Below are positions 56,149-64,000 of a stretch of 64,000 nt of DNA, piece by piece. The stretch is from Bacilli bacterium. Lineage in GTDB: Bacteria > Bacillota_I > Bacilli_A > RFN20 > CAG-826. A model generated the notes under the pieces. It saw only the letters and a list, made by a program, of their open reading frames with translations, was not told the origin of the DNA and ran no database searches. The first letter of the stretch is position 1. Every line of letters starts with the position of its first letter. Made by a program: the position numbers and the translations under genes. Location of the stretch: NCBI GenBank assembly GCA_034185265.1, contig JAXFZD010000006.1:6638-70637 (forward strand), written 5' to 3'.

Positions 56149-58005
56149 TTAGCTAGGATCTGCAGGGTTTTCTTCTAGATAGCCTATAGACTTATCTTCT
56201 TTAGCTTGTCTAGAAATGACTCCTGAATACTTCTTTTCATTATTAACTATAAACTTAAGGCAGTTATCAAATAACTTGAATTCAATGAAGAAGAAATGAA
56301 GGACGAAAGCAAACGTAATAGCGAATATTATAGAGAATAGATAGTGAGCTAAACCTACTTTATATAAGTAACAACAGCCAATCGCTTCCCCCAAAACTAA
56401 AGCATCAAGAATTCCTAAATATAAGAAATGATTTCTAGTTAAACTCTTGTTTCTATAATGGAGATAAATTCCTAATCCTTGAATGATTATAGCGGCAGCA
56501 ATTAGAGGGAATCTTAGATATGAAGCTGAAGCAACTCCGCCAACACTTAATAAAATGACAGGGAAAATTAAAAGGAAATCTAACTTAGGATAATTAACGC
56601 TTGGTTCTTTAATTCTACTGACTTTTTCTTCTTCCATCTTATATCTAGCTTCAACAGATAATAAAGGAACAGCAGCAAAGTTAATAAAGAATAAAGAACT
56701 CCATTCTGTAGTTAATAAATATTCTGGTTCTAATAAGGCTCTTATAAAGTAGCAGCCTAAAATAGCTAGATACAATCTAACGGATTTATCTTTATATTTC
56801 TTATAAATTTGGAATGCTTTAAAAATTAAATAAACATCAAATAGTAAAGAAAGGATTCCTCTAATAAGTCCACCTTCTCCAAAAGGCATTAAATATCCAT
56901 TATGTGTATGCCAAACTTTTGCTCCAGGATTATCTGCAGCAAAGAAGAAAGCTCTATTAAAGTTCCCGCTCCCTAGGCCAAACACTAGATACATAGGATC
57001 ACTTTTTAACACAGCAAAAAGAGAATCCCAAATAACAATTCTACTATGCAAAGTTGAGTCTTCTGAAGTAAATAGGCCTACAACTTTATTATGAATTTTC
57101 TCAAATATAGACCATTTCCAGAAATAAGGAACAAAAGTAACTATGCATGCTATAGCAATAATTAACGCTGCTCCTCCAAAAGTAATTAGGAAGAGTTTTT
57201 TACTTCTTTTTCTAAAATCATAAATTAGATATAAGAAGAGAACTATAAGTAAGAATACTCCAGCCATAAGACAGCTTCGTGATCCAGAAACGTAAATATG
57301 GAACATGAAATAAAGAATAAAGAATATTCTCCACCACTTATGGTCGAAATACATGAGTATTGTTTCAGCAAATACACCAAATAAAACTATGACACCAAAT
57401 ACGTTCTTTTGACCTGTAAAAGATTGAATTGGAGGAAGCTCCATGTCACTTCTTGTATTGAAGAAATAATAATAAGAATCAAAGTCTGAGAAATAAGAAT
57501 AGATGATTACGAAAATAGCGAAGATAACTATTATGTAATAAATAATTCTCCAAGAATTTTCTTTCTTTCTACAAAATGGAGCTACTGTATAAGTAACGTA
57601 AAGAAATAAAGCTGTATTTAAAAACATGAAGATATATTCAACACGTCTAGCTATCTCTAAGTCATATTTGAAATCTTCTCCCCAGGTAAATGTATTAGGG
57701 AAATAAATTAACGCTACAGTGTTGCCAATAAAGCAAAAACCCAGCAAACCTAAGATAAAATAATTGATTTTTACATTAAAGTAGCGTTTTCCAACAAATA
57801 ATAAAAAGACACCTAAGACAATATTACCTAGAAGCATTCCTCCAAAATCACCAATAATGTCAAAAGGTAAAACGTGGTAATCTTCGCCTTCAAAAACAGC
57901 TGTAAAAGCAAAAGTTAAAATCATATAAAGGAAGTAGACCATTGTTAAAAGCAAATGGGGACGATTCCCCAATGATAGTCTTTTACTTTTAACGACTTCC
58001 TCCAT
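56149..58005 (-). CDS. polytopic membrane protein, Wzy/O-antigen polymerase-ligase-like
   Basis: 618 aa, at least 12 TM helices with a large loop. Positioned between the priming sugar transferase and the GT. Confidence 0.45.
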   Translation of the reverse strand: MEEVVKSKRLSLGNRPHLLLTMVYFLYMILTFAFTAVFEGEDYHVLPFDIIGDFGGMLLGNIVLGVFLLFVGKRYFNVKINYFILGLLGFCFIGNTVALIYFPNTFTWGEDFKYDLEIARRVEYIFMFLNTALFLYVTYTVAPFCRKKENSWRIIYYIIVIFAIFVIIYSYFSDFDSYYYFFNTRSDMELPPIQSFTGQKNVFGVIVLFGVFAETILMYFDHKWWRIFFILYFMFHIYVSGSRSCLMAGVFLLIVLFLYLIYDFRKRSKKLFLITFGGAALIIAIACIVTFVPYFWKWSIFEKIHNKVVGLFTSEDSTLHSRIVIWDSLFAVLKSDPMYLVFGLGSGNFNRAFFFAADNPGAKVWHTHNGYLMPFGEGGLIRGILSLLFDVYLIFKAFQIYKKYKDKSVRLYLAILGCYFIRALLEPEYLLTTEWSSLFFINFAAVPLLSVEARYKMEEEKVSRIKEPSVNYPKLDFLLIFPVILLSVGGVASASYLRFPLIAAAIIIQGLGIYLHYRNKSLTRNHFLYLGILDALVLGEAIGCCYLYKVGLAHYLFSIIFAITFAFVLHFFFIEFKLFDNCLKFIVNNEKKYSGVISRQAKEDKSIGYLEENPADPS

Positions 58006-58007
58006 CT

Positions 58008-58661
58008 TTATACAGCGCCTTTTTTAGTTAAAACTGTAGGAACGGTCTTGAAAAGAATCTTAACATCGAGCCATAAGGATCTTTGTTCAAAATATGCAAG
58101 ATTAAGTCTAGCTCTTTCTCCGCCAGCATAAGTAGCGTTATTACGTCCATTAACTTGCCAATATCCTGTAATTCCAGGTCTAGCAAGACGAATAATTTTA
58201 ATTTGTTCAGGAGTATAGTTTTTCTTTTCTTCAGCAGGAGTAATTGGTCTAGGACCAACTAAAGACATTTGACAAGCAAGAATATTGAAAAGTTGTGGAA
58301 GTTCATCTAAGGATGTTTTTCTTAAAACGTGACCAATCTTAGTAACTCTAGGATCGCGTTCAAGTTTTCTTTCTTTCTTCCATTCTTCCATTTGCTCTTT
58401 AGTCATATATTTACCAGGATTTTCGTTAGCATCAGAGAACATTGTTCTAAATTTGAGAACATGGATAATCTTTCCGTTTTTTCCAACTCTAACATCTCTA
58501 AAAAGAATTTTTCCTTTTGAAGTGCATTTAACTAAGATAGCTAAAATAATGTAAAGCCAACTCAGTAAAATAACTCCGATTAAAGCCACGAGGAAATCAA
58601 AAGAATATTTGATTGGGTAGTACCACCAATGAAGTTTTTTAACCTTATATGTCTCTTCCAT
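58008..58661 (-). CDS. polyprenyl-phosphate sugar phosphotransferase (bacterial sugar transferase, WbaP/CpsE C-terminal-domain type)
   Basis: 217 aa. Single N-terminal TM. Conserved blocks KFRTM, DELPQLFNIL, MSLVGPRP and PGITGYWQVNGR. Confidence 0.85.
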   Translation of the reverse strand: MEETYKVKKLHWWYYPIKYSFDFLVALIGVILLSWLYIILAILVKCTSKGKILFRDVRVGKNGKIIHVLKFRTMFSDANENPGKYMTKEQMEEWKKERKLERDPRVTKIGHVLRKTSLDELPQLFNILACQMSLVGPRPITPAEEKKNYTPEQIKIIRLARPGITGYWQVNGRNNATYAGGERARLNLAYFEQRSLWLDVKILFKTVPTVLTKKGAV

Positions 58662-60079
58662 TATTCCTCCTCGCTCTCCTTATGTGGAGTTGAAAATCTA
58701 TAATAAAGACCAAAAGCAACGCTAGAAACTAAGAATCCAGCTGCAATTCCGCCTGCTAAGCCAATTAAAGAAGATATGCCGTTTTTAGTAATAGTAATAT
58801 CGGCGAATTCATATTTAAGATTTTCTTTGTAGTTTCTAAATAGATAAACTGTGTAAGAATCTAAGTCAGTTTCATCAGCAACATAACCGGCTTTAGAATC
58901 AGCTAAAGTCTTTCCAAATTCTTTAGATTCAGAAATATAAGTAGTTGTTTTTGCGGATGTAGGAGCAGATAAATATGAGATAACTCCTCTATTTTCTTCA
59001 TCTACTGTTGCTAACTTTAAATTATCTACTTCAGCTATATTTTCAAAAGATAAAGTAGACTTTCCTTCTAGATAATAGCCTAGATATTCGATATATTGAG
59101 CATAAACGCTTCTCTTATTTTCTTCTTCTACTAGAAGCAAGTTATAGTATTTAAGTTCTTCTTTGTCTTCAACTGGATCAAGAGTTTTAATGTAATTCTT
59201 GTATCTCGCTGTACTAGTAAATGAATTTTTAACTCCTCTAACTGTTGAATTAAATTCTAAATCAAAAGCAGTTTTTAGTTGTTCAACTGTTTTATCTCCA
59301 ACATTAATATATTTTGCAGCACTTAAAACATTGCTGAATCTATCTGCATCTAAAATGTTATTTTTATAGTGCTTAGTCGCAAATTTAGCCTTGGCATTCC
59401 CTAAAGATAAGCCTTCTTCATTTACAGAATAAGTAGGAAGGAAATTTAAAGATGAAGTTAAGGCATCATAGAAAGTAGTCATTCTGCTCCCCATAGTTTG
59501 AAGAGAATGAGCTTGGTCTAAATATGGCAAAGATTCGAAGTTTTCATCGAAAGTATAGTCGAATTTATCAATTAATTTGTTCTCTGCGTAAGATAATTCT
59601 GTATCAATAATTGCTTTAACAAATTTCTTAGCAACAGCATCGTCGGAGAAATATTTTCTTTTTAAAGTTAAAGTATAACGATACGGCTGACCTTTGACTT
59701 CAGTAATACTAACTCCGCTTTCAACAGCAATCTTATCAACAAGAAGTCCACCAAAAGTAGAATCAGAAGCTTTAATTTTTTCTAAACGATTTCTGGAATA
59801 AAAATCACTTAAAGCAAAAGCACTTCCGTCATAATATTTCTTTTGGCCGCCTTCCTCAATTAAAGGAATTTCAACATCGAAGTTAGAAATCAATCTTTCT
59901 ATTTGTTTGTTGACTCCTTGAGCGATTGCAATATAGCCAATGATTCCGCCAATAACAGTAAAAGCAACAACCCAATATTTGTATTTTCCAAGGGAGTAAA
60001 AATATGCTGCTAAACCTTTTTTCTTTCTTTTAGAAGTCCTTCTTGGCTTAGGACTAACCTTATTTTCTTCATTTTCCAT
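58661..60079 (-). CDS. Wzz-like polysaccharide co-polymerase (chain-length determinant topology)
   Basis: 472 aa. TM helix near the N-terminus (YWVVAFTVIGGIIGYIAIA), a large external domain, and a second TM near the C-terminus (LIGLAGGIAAGFLVSSVAFGLYY). Confidence 0.45.
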   Translation of the reverse strand: MENEENKVSPKPRRTSKRKKKGLAAYFYSLGKYKYWVVAFTVIGGIIGYIAIAQGVNKQIERLISNFDVEIPLIEEGGQKKYYDGSAFALSDFYSRNRLEKIKASDSTFGGLLVDKIAVESGVSITEVKGQPYRYTLTLKRKYFSDDAVAKKFVKAIIDTELSYAENKLIDKFDYTFDENFESLPYLDQAHSLQTMGSRMTTFYDALTSSLNFLPTYSVNEEGLSLGNAKAKFATKHYKNNILDADRFSNVLSAAKYINVGDKTVEQLKTAFDLEFNSTVRGVKNSFTSTARYKNYIKTLDPVEDKEELKYYNLLLVEEENKRSVYAQYIEYLGYYLEGKSTLSFENIAEVDNLKLATVDEENRGVISYLSAPTSAKTTTYISESKEFGKTLADSKAGYVADETDLDSYTVYLFRNYKENLKYEFADITITKNGISSLIGLAGGIAAGFLVSSVAFGLYYRFSTPHKESEEE

Positions 60080-60251
60080 GTTTTTACTATACTCTTTTAT
60101 AGTTTATTCTTCTAGTCTAATTGAGAATATGTCAAATAAATTGACATTCTCAATATATATAGAAAAAACAAGCTTTCAGGAGGAACTTATTTATAAATAT
60201 TTTATCGCTTTTCTAAATATTGAAAATGGCCAAAATCACCGTAAAACCCGG

Positions 60252-61748
60252 TTAATTTTCTTCAAAATGCTTCAAAACTTGATAGTCATAGGAATAGCTA
60301 TGAAACATTTCATAAAATTTATAATTATAGTACATTGTTCCGCCAACTCTAAAAAGTAAGCTTGTTCCTATATTAGAATTATTCATAAAATTACTTCCAA
60401 GAAGTAAAAGTTTTCTCACATGCAATTCAAGATCTGCTTTATCATAAGAGATTTCAGCGGCATCCAAACATTTTTCAATATTTGCTATTGCTGAATCTGG
60501 GCTTACGTTCACGACACTTAGATAGAGAGAAAGATAATATTTTGAAAGTTCTTTAACTACTGTTTCTATCTTTGATTTAGCAGTTGAAAGGAATAAATCA
60601 AGAACATAAATAAGTTCAGACTGAAAATTCTCTACGTATTTTTCTCTAGTTTCTATCGAAATTGTTCGATCATCAGTCGCTTTTGTTGTAACAACTTGCT
60701 TGACCTTTTGTACAGCTTCTTCAGGAGTCAATTTAACAATAGAATCAACAAGAGAGATTCCACTAAAGTCAATTTGGACAGTCTTAGTTTTGAATTCATC
60801 TACATAGAAATCAGGGAAAACTTCTTGCATGAGTTCTAAATAATCATCTCTATATGTATCGATACTTTCTCCAATCCTATACATCCCGTAAGTATCTGGA
60901 ATCATATTTGCTATTAAATCTGAAGGACTTACGAATTGATGGAAATAACGAGAATAAGTCTCGTCTTTTTCTCCTAAAGACAAGGATGAATTAAACCCGT
61001 AAGTATAGATATATTCGTGCGATAATAAGTTATTAAATGGCGAATTATCGAGATTTTTATGAAGTTTCAAACTAACTAAATTGGTTATAGAAGCTCCTCT
61101 AGAAAATCCAGTGAAGACTAATTTAACCTTCTTACTATTATTCTTTTTTAGATTCATTAAATATTGATATAAGACTTCATAAATTTCTTCTGCGTTTTCG
61201 TGGAACCCTTCATGATCTTCACTTAATCCAAATCTAACATTGTTTTCCCATTCTTTGAGGTAAGAATTTCCATAACAGCAAATAACAATATCTTGTTCTT
61301 CGACATTTTCTTTAGGATCTAAATGAATTCTGCTGATTGAATATTTAGTTGTATCTTCTCTATTCTCTAAGAAGTAATCATTAGAAAAATATACATCATC
61401 AAAATTAAAAGATTTAAGGAAATTTGATAGCGAAGTTGCAGTTCCACTAAACCAAGTTAATCCTAATAAAAATTGGGCTAAGTTTGAGTAAAAATTGATA
61501 GACGTATGCCCTGAATTGAAATAATCAGCATCAAAAACAAACTTGAAATTACCACTATACGAAGAATCGTACATGTATGTTCTTTCAAACGTATTTTCAG
61601 AATGATATTTCTGCTCACCTTCAGCACTAGTTAAAGAATAAATAGTAATGTCTTCAGATGAAGATTCCGAAGTTAAAGATGGAGCACTACTTTTTCCACA
61701 AGAAATTAAGAAGGCTAAGGTTAGAGAAATAACAAATAGTTTTTTCAT
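60252..61748 (-). CDS. lipoprotein with alpha/beta-hydrolase (lipase/esterase-like) GxSxG motif
   Basis: 498 aa. Lipobox LISCGKS. FTGFSRGASITN, a G-F-S-R-G nucleophile elbow. Confidence 0.5.
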   Translation of the reverse strand: MKKLFVISLTLAFLISCGKSSAPSLTSESSSEDITIYSLTSAEGEQKYHSENTFERTYMYDSSYSGNFKFVFDADYFNSGHTSINFYSNLAQFLLGLTWFSGTATSLSNFLKSFNFDDVYFSNDYFLENREDTTKYSISRIHLDPKENVEEQDIVICCYGNSYLKEWENNVRFGLSEDHEGFHENAEEIYEVLYQYLMNLKKNNSKKVKLVFTGFSRGASITNLVSLKLHKNLDNSPFNNLLSHEYIYTYGFNSSLSLGEKDETYSRYFHQFVSPSDLIANMIPDTYGMYRIGESIDTYRDDYLELMQEVFPDFYVDEFKTKTVQIDFSGISLVDSIVKLTPEEAVQKVKQVVTTKATDDRTISIETREKYVENFQSELIYVLDLFLSTAKSKIETVVKELSKYYLSLYLSVVNVSPDSAIANIEKCLDAAEISYDKADLELHVRKLLLLGSNFMNNSNIGTSLLFRVGGTMYYNYKFYEMFHSYSYDYQVLKHFEEN

Positions 61749-61803
61749 AAAATCTATGCTTCTTATTATACATAAAATAAGAAAATTGTCTTTGCTAATA
61801 AAA

Positions 61804-62325
61804 TTATATTTTTAGGATGGCAGGAATTTCTTCTCCCTCATTTCCTTTATAAAATTGAAGCTGCTCAACAAAGCCAAATGATTCATAAAGCTTCTTTGCA
61901 ACTGCATTTTCTGGTTCATAGCTAAGCCAAATTGTCTCAGCTTTTCCGCAAGGGAATGTTTTGATGTAATCTAAAGCAAGTTGCATCGCTTTTCTTCCAT
62001 AGCCTTTTCTTTGATAGCGTTTATCGATCATAAATCTCCACAAGCAGTAACTTTTTCTAACTATTTCAACAAATGCTGGATCTTCTCCTGCAAGATCGTC
62101 ATCTTCAGCTAGTCCATAGCCAATCATTAAAAATCCAATTGGCTTTTTATTTCTACATATTGCAAAGGGAAGAGCGACTCCTCCATTAGTGATTGCAACA
62201 TAAGCTTCAGCTAAAGATCCCTTATTACTAGCTACAAAGTTTTTTTGATTGCGGGCAACTTTTAAGCCCCAAATAACTTTTATATAATTTTTATAAGTAA
62301 TTTTTTCTAATGTAATTTCTTCCAT
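61804..62325 (-). CDS. GNAT family N-acetyltransferase
   Basis: 173 aa. Acetyl-CoA binding motif RYQRKGYGRKAM. Confidence 0.75.
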   Translation of the reverse strand: MEEITLEKITYKNYIKVIWGLKVARNQKNFVASNKGSLAEAYVAITNGGVALPFAICRNKKPIGFLMIGYGLAEDDDLAGEDPAFVEIVRKSYCLWRFMIDKRYQRKGYGRKAMQLALDYIKTFPCGKAETIWLSYEPENAVAKKLYESFGFVEQLQFYKGNEGEEIPAILKI

Positions 62326-62415
62326 AATGATCCTTTTATTACTAAATTAATTTTACAATAATTCACAGCAAAATAAATAAAAATCCCTGCAAAAACAGGG
62401 AATTTTTGAAAATTT

Positions 62416-62492
62416 TGGTGTGCTTGGGCGGATTCGAACTGCCTACCTTAGACGTCGGAGGTCTACACTCTATCCAAATGAGCTACAAGCAC
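62416..62492 (-). tRNA. tRNA-Arg(CCG)
   Basis: Reverse complement GTGCTTGTAGCTCATTTGGATAGAGTG TAGAC CTCCGAC GTCTA AGGTA GGCAGTTCGAATCCGCC CAAGCAC A CCA. Confidence 0.8.
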
Positions 62493-62496
62493 AAAA

Positions 62497-62580
62497 TGGT
62501 ACATTGGACGAGATTTGAACTCGCACCTATTTCTAGACTAGCGCCTGAAGCTAGCGCGTCTACCGTTCCGCCACCAATGT
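62497..62580 (-). tRNA. tRNA-Leu(CAG), class II with long variable arm
   Basis: Reverse complement ACATTGG TG GCGGAACGGTAGACGCG CTAGC TTCAGGC GCTAG TCTAGAAATAGGT GCGAGTTCAAATCTCGT CCAATGT A CCA. Close to E. coli tRNA-Leu(CAG) in the D and anticodon arms. Confidence 0.8.
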
Positions 62581-62595
62581 AGAGAAAATATACAA

Positions 62596-63516
62596 TTATT
62601 TTTTTAAAAAGTCGATTATTAAGGAAATTATTTGTTGGTCATCTTGAAACAAAATTGAATAGTCTAATTTGAATCCAGAAGGCCGGTTAATCCGATCAAA
62701 TTTTTCATTAGCAATGAAATAATCTTGAGCTTTTAAAGTCCAATAAGGCTGGTGATATTTATTTTTAGCTGTATAAGTAGTGACTAAAGGATTATGGACC
62801 TCGTTAACAATTCTAAGGAAATTATGCTTATAACTAACCATGTTATCTTTGTCCCCTTGTATGCATAAAACAGGAATCTTTGCTTTATTCAGCAGGTCAA
62901 CTCCATCGATTACGCACTCTTTCCCATAGAGATTAATTAATGCACGTATCAAAGATTTTTTTACTTTTTTAACAATTGGGGCTAAATCTATACATTCATT
63001 AGGAAGAGAAATAAAACCTGATAAATTTACTATTTTTTCTATTTTATATTCATCATGATGTAAGCAATGAACAGCACCAAATCCTCCCCAGGAATGTCCT
63101 ATGACTAATCTTTTTCTATTTTTAAGTTCTTCATTAGATTCAATATATTTAAATAAAGCATCGAGATCAGGAATAATCTGAGCTAAAGAAACCATGGATT
63201 CTCCTTGAGATTCCATAGTTCCAGTTCCGTCAAAAGATAAAACTAAGAATCCTTTTTTAGCAAAGGAGGAAACTTCTAGAGAATATGCTTTTCTTCCTGC
63301 TCCAAATCCAGGAATAAAAATAAGTAAATCTTTGTTTTTCTTTTCTCCAACATAAGCTAATTCGCCAATTAATTTATTTTGTCCGCTATAAAAAGAGAAT
63401 TTTTCAGTTTTAACTCCAAAGCTAGAAATCTCAGGATATTCAAAGAAAGGAGAACCATCGCAGCGCATATGTGCCCCTTTAATTAACTCTTTTTCAATAA
63501 TCTTACGAACGATCAC
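62596..63516 (-). CDS. alpha/beta hydrolase (dienelactone-hydrolase/S9-like)
   Basis: 306 aa. Nucleophile elbow VIGHSWGGFGA. Conserved IQGDKD and NKYHQPYW blocks (candidate acid/His). Confidence 0.7.
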   Translation of the reverse strand: MIVRKIIEKELIKGAHMRCDGSPFFEYPEISSFGVKTEKFSFYSGQNKLIGELAYVGEKKNKDLLIFIPGFGAGRKAYSLEVSSFAKKGFLVLSFDGTGTMESQGESMVSLAQIIPDLDALFKYIESNEELKNRKRLVIGHSWGGFGAVHCLHHDEYKIEKIVNLSGFISLPNECIDLAPIVKKVKKSLIRALINLYGKECVIDGVDLLNKAKIPVLCIQGDKDNMVSYKHNFLRIVNEVHNPLVTTYTAKNKYHQPYWTLKAQDYFIANEKFDRINRPSGFKLDYSILFQDDQQIISLIIDFLKK

Positions 63517-64000
63517 GTCTAGCTCCTACTCCAAAAAGGAAATGGAAAACAGCGGTAAAATACTTTTTATTCGCCATATCACATATTACATAAGCAAGTC
63601 TATGATTCTTTAAATATAAAGATATAGTTCTTAAAGGAGTTTGAACCATAGCATAATAAGACATTTTCTCTATTCCATCTCTAAAAGCACCTTTATAAGT
63701 TTGTGCTAATCTGCGATTAATTTTCTTTCCAACCCAAAGTCTAGATAAATCTTCAATTGTGCAGTTCATCGTATATGGTCTAGATTTAGGATCCCTAGCG
63801 ATAAATACACTATGACCTAATAAGTTTTCGAAATCATTTTCATATCTAAGGAAACCATTCTTTCCTAAATCATAATAAACTGGGTAAACATTTCGACTAG
63901 AAAGGAAGATTTCTCCTTTAACTTTGAAAGCAATCTTTCCTATGACTGTAGAAGAATTTGCACATAAACAAATATCATATTGCCCATCTTCAATACAGAA
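63503..64000 (-). CDS. hypothetical protein, 5-prime partial (frame open to window end)
   Basis: The 88-aa track ORF continues upstream without a stop to position 64000. No motif recognised. Confidence 0.4.
   Translation of the reverse strand, partial: FCIEDGQYDICLCANSSTVIGKIAFKVKGEIFLSSRNVYPVYYDLGKNGFLRYENDFENLLGHSVFIARDPKSRPYTMNCTIEDLSRLWVGKKINRRLAQTYKGAFRDGIEKMSYYAMVQTPLRTISLYLKNHRLAYVICDMANKKYFTAVFHFLFGVGARRDRS

Noticed and set aside
1-64000. CRISPR arrays, integrase/transposase genes, restriction-modification genes
   Set aside because: No direct-repeat/spacer arrays were seen. The only short repeats are the dispersed 14-mer, the ACGCGTGGAAT triplet and in-frame coding tandem repeats. 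No ORF shows tyrosine/serine recombinase, DDE transposase, methyltransferase or Toprim motifs.

Overview
This 64 kb window is AT-rich (roughly 30% GC by eye) and densely coding. It looks like a wall-less Firmicute/Mollicutes-type chromosome that uses the standard genetic code: long ORFs are intact with TGA as stop, the opp operon has the giant OppC and lysine-rich OppD insertion typical of Mollicutes, and there are many lipoproteins with lipobox Cys followed by Ser/Glu-rich linkers. Content from start to end: (1) a cdaA-glmM-glmS block, a nucleotide-sugar dehydrogenase and asnA. (2) A small degraded accessory island at about 8.6-11.7 kb next to tRNA-Gly(CCC), holding gene debris, a DUF4143 AAA ATPase and a GC-rich MazG-like gene. 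(3) Three tRNAs (Gly, Val, Thr) interleaved with small genes. (4) A roughly 26 kb block entirely on the minus strand: Ca-type P-type ATPase; an MksF-MksE-MksB (JetA-JetB-JetC-like) SMC complex with no JetD/MksG nuclease gene; a tightly linked four-gene cassette of coiled-coil proteins plus one membrane protein; HAD hydrolase; two paralogous HExxH zinc-metalloprotease lipoproteins with a GltD-like FAD/Fe-S oxidoreductase wedged between them; and oppABCDF. (5) A third paralogous metalloprotease lipoprotein, and a large lipoprotein carrying a recent in-frame nonsense codon. (6) A split Wzx/Wzy-type polysaccharide locus (rfbA, flippase, manC-like, GT4, Wzy-like, sugar transferase, Wzz-like, cytidylate-kinase-like) with an embedded Sfp-type phosphopantetheinyl transferase; a BceAB/MacB-like ABC pair; trpS. 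(7) A lipase-like lipoprotein, a GNAT acetyltransferase, tRNA-Arg(CCG), tRNA-Leu(CAG), and an alpha/beta hydrolase. A CG-containing 14-18-mer (AAAATCTCCGCAAA[TC]) recurs at least 5 times exactly in both coding and intergenic DNA. No CRISPR array, integrase or transposase was seen. The candidate for a new system is the mksFEB-like operon with its upstream four-gene cassette, together with the recurrent motif that is embedded in both mksF and mksB.
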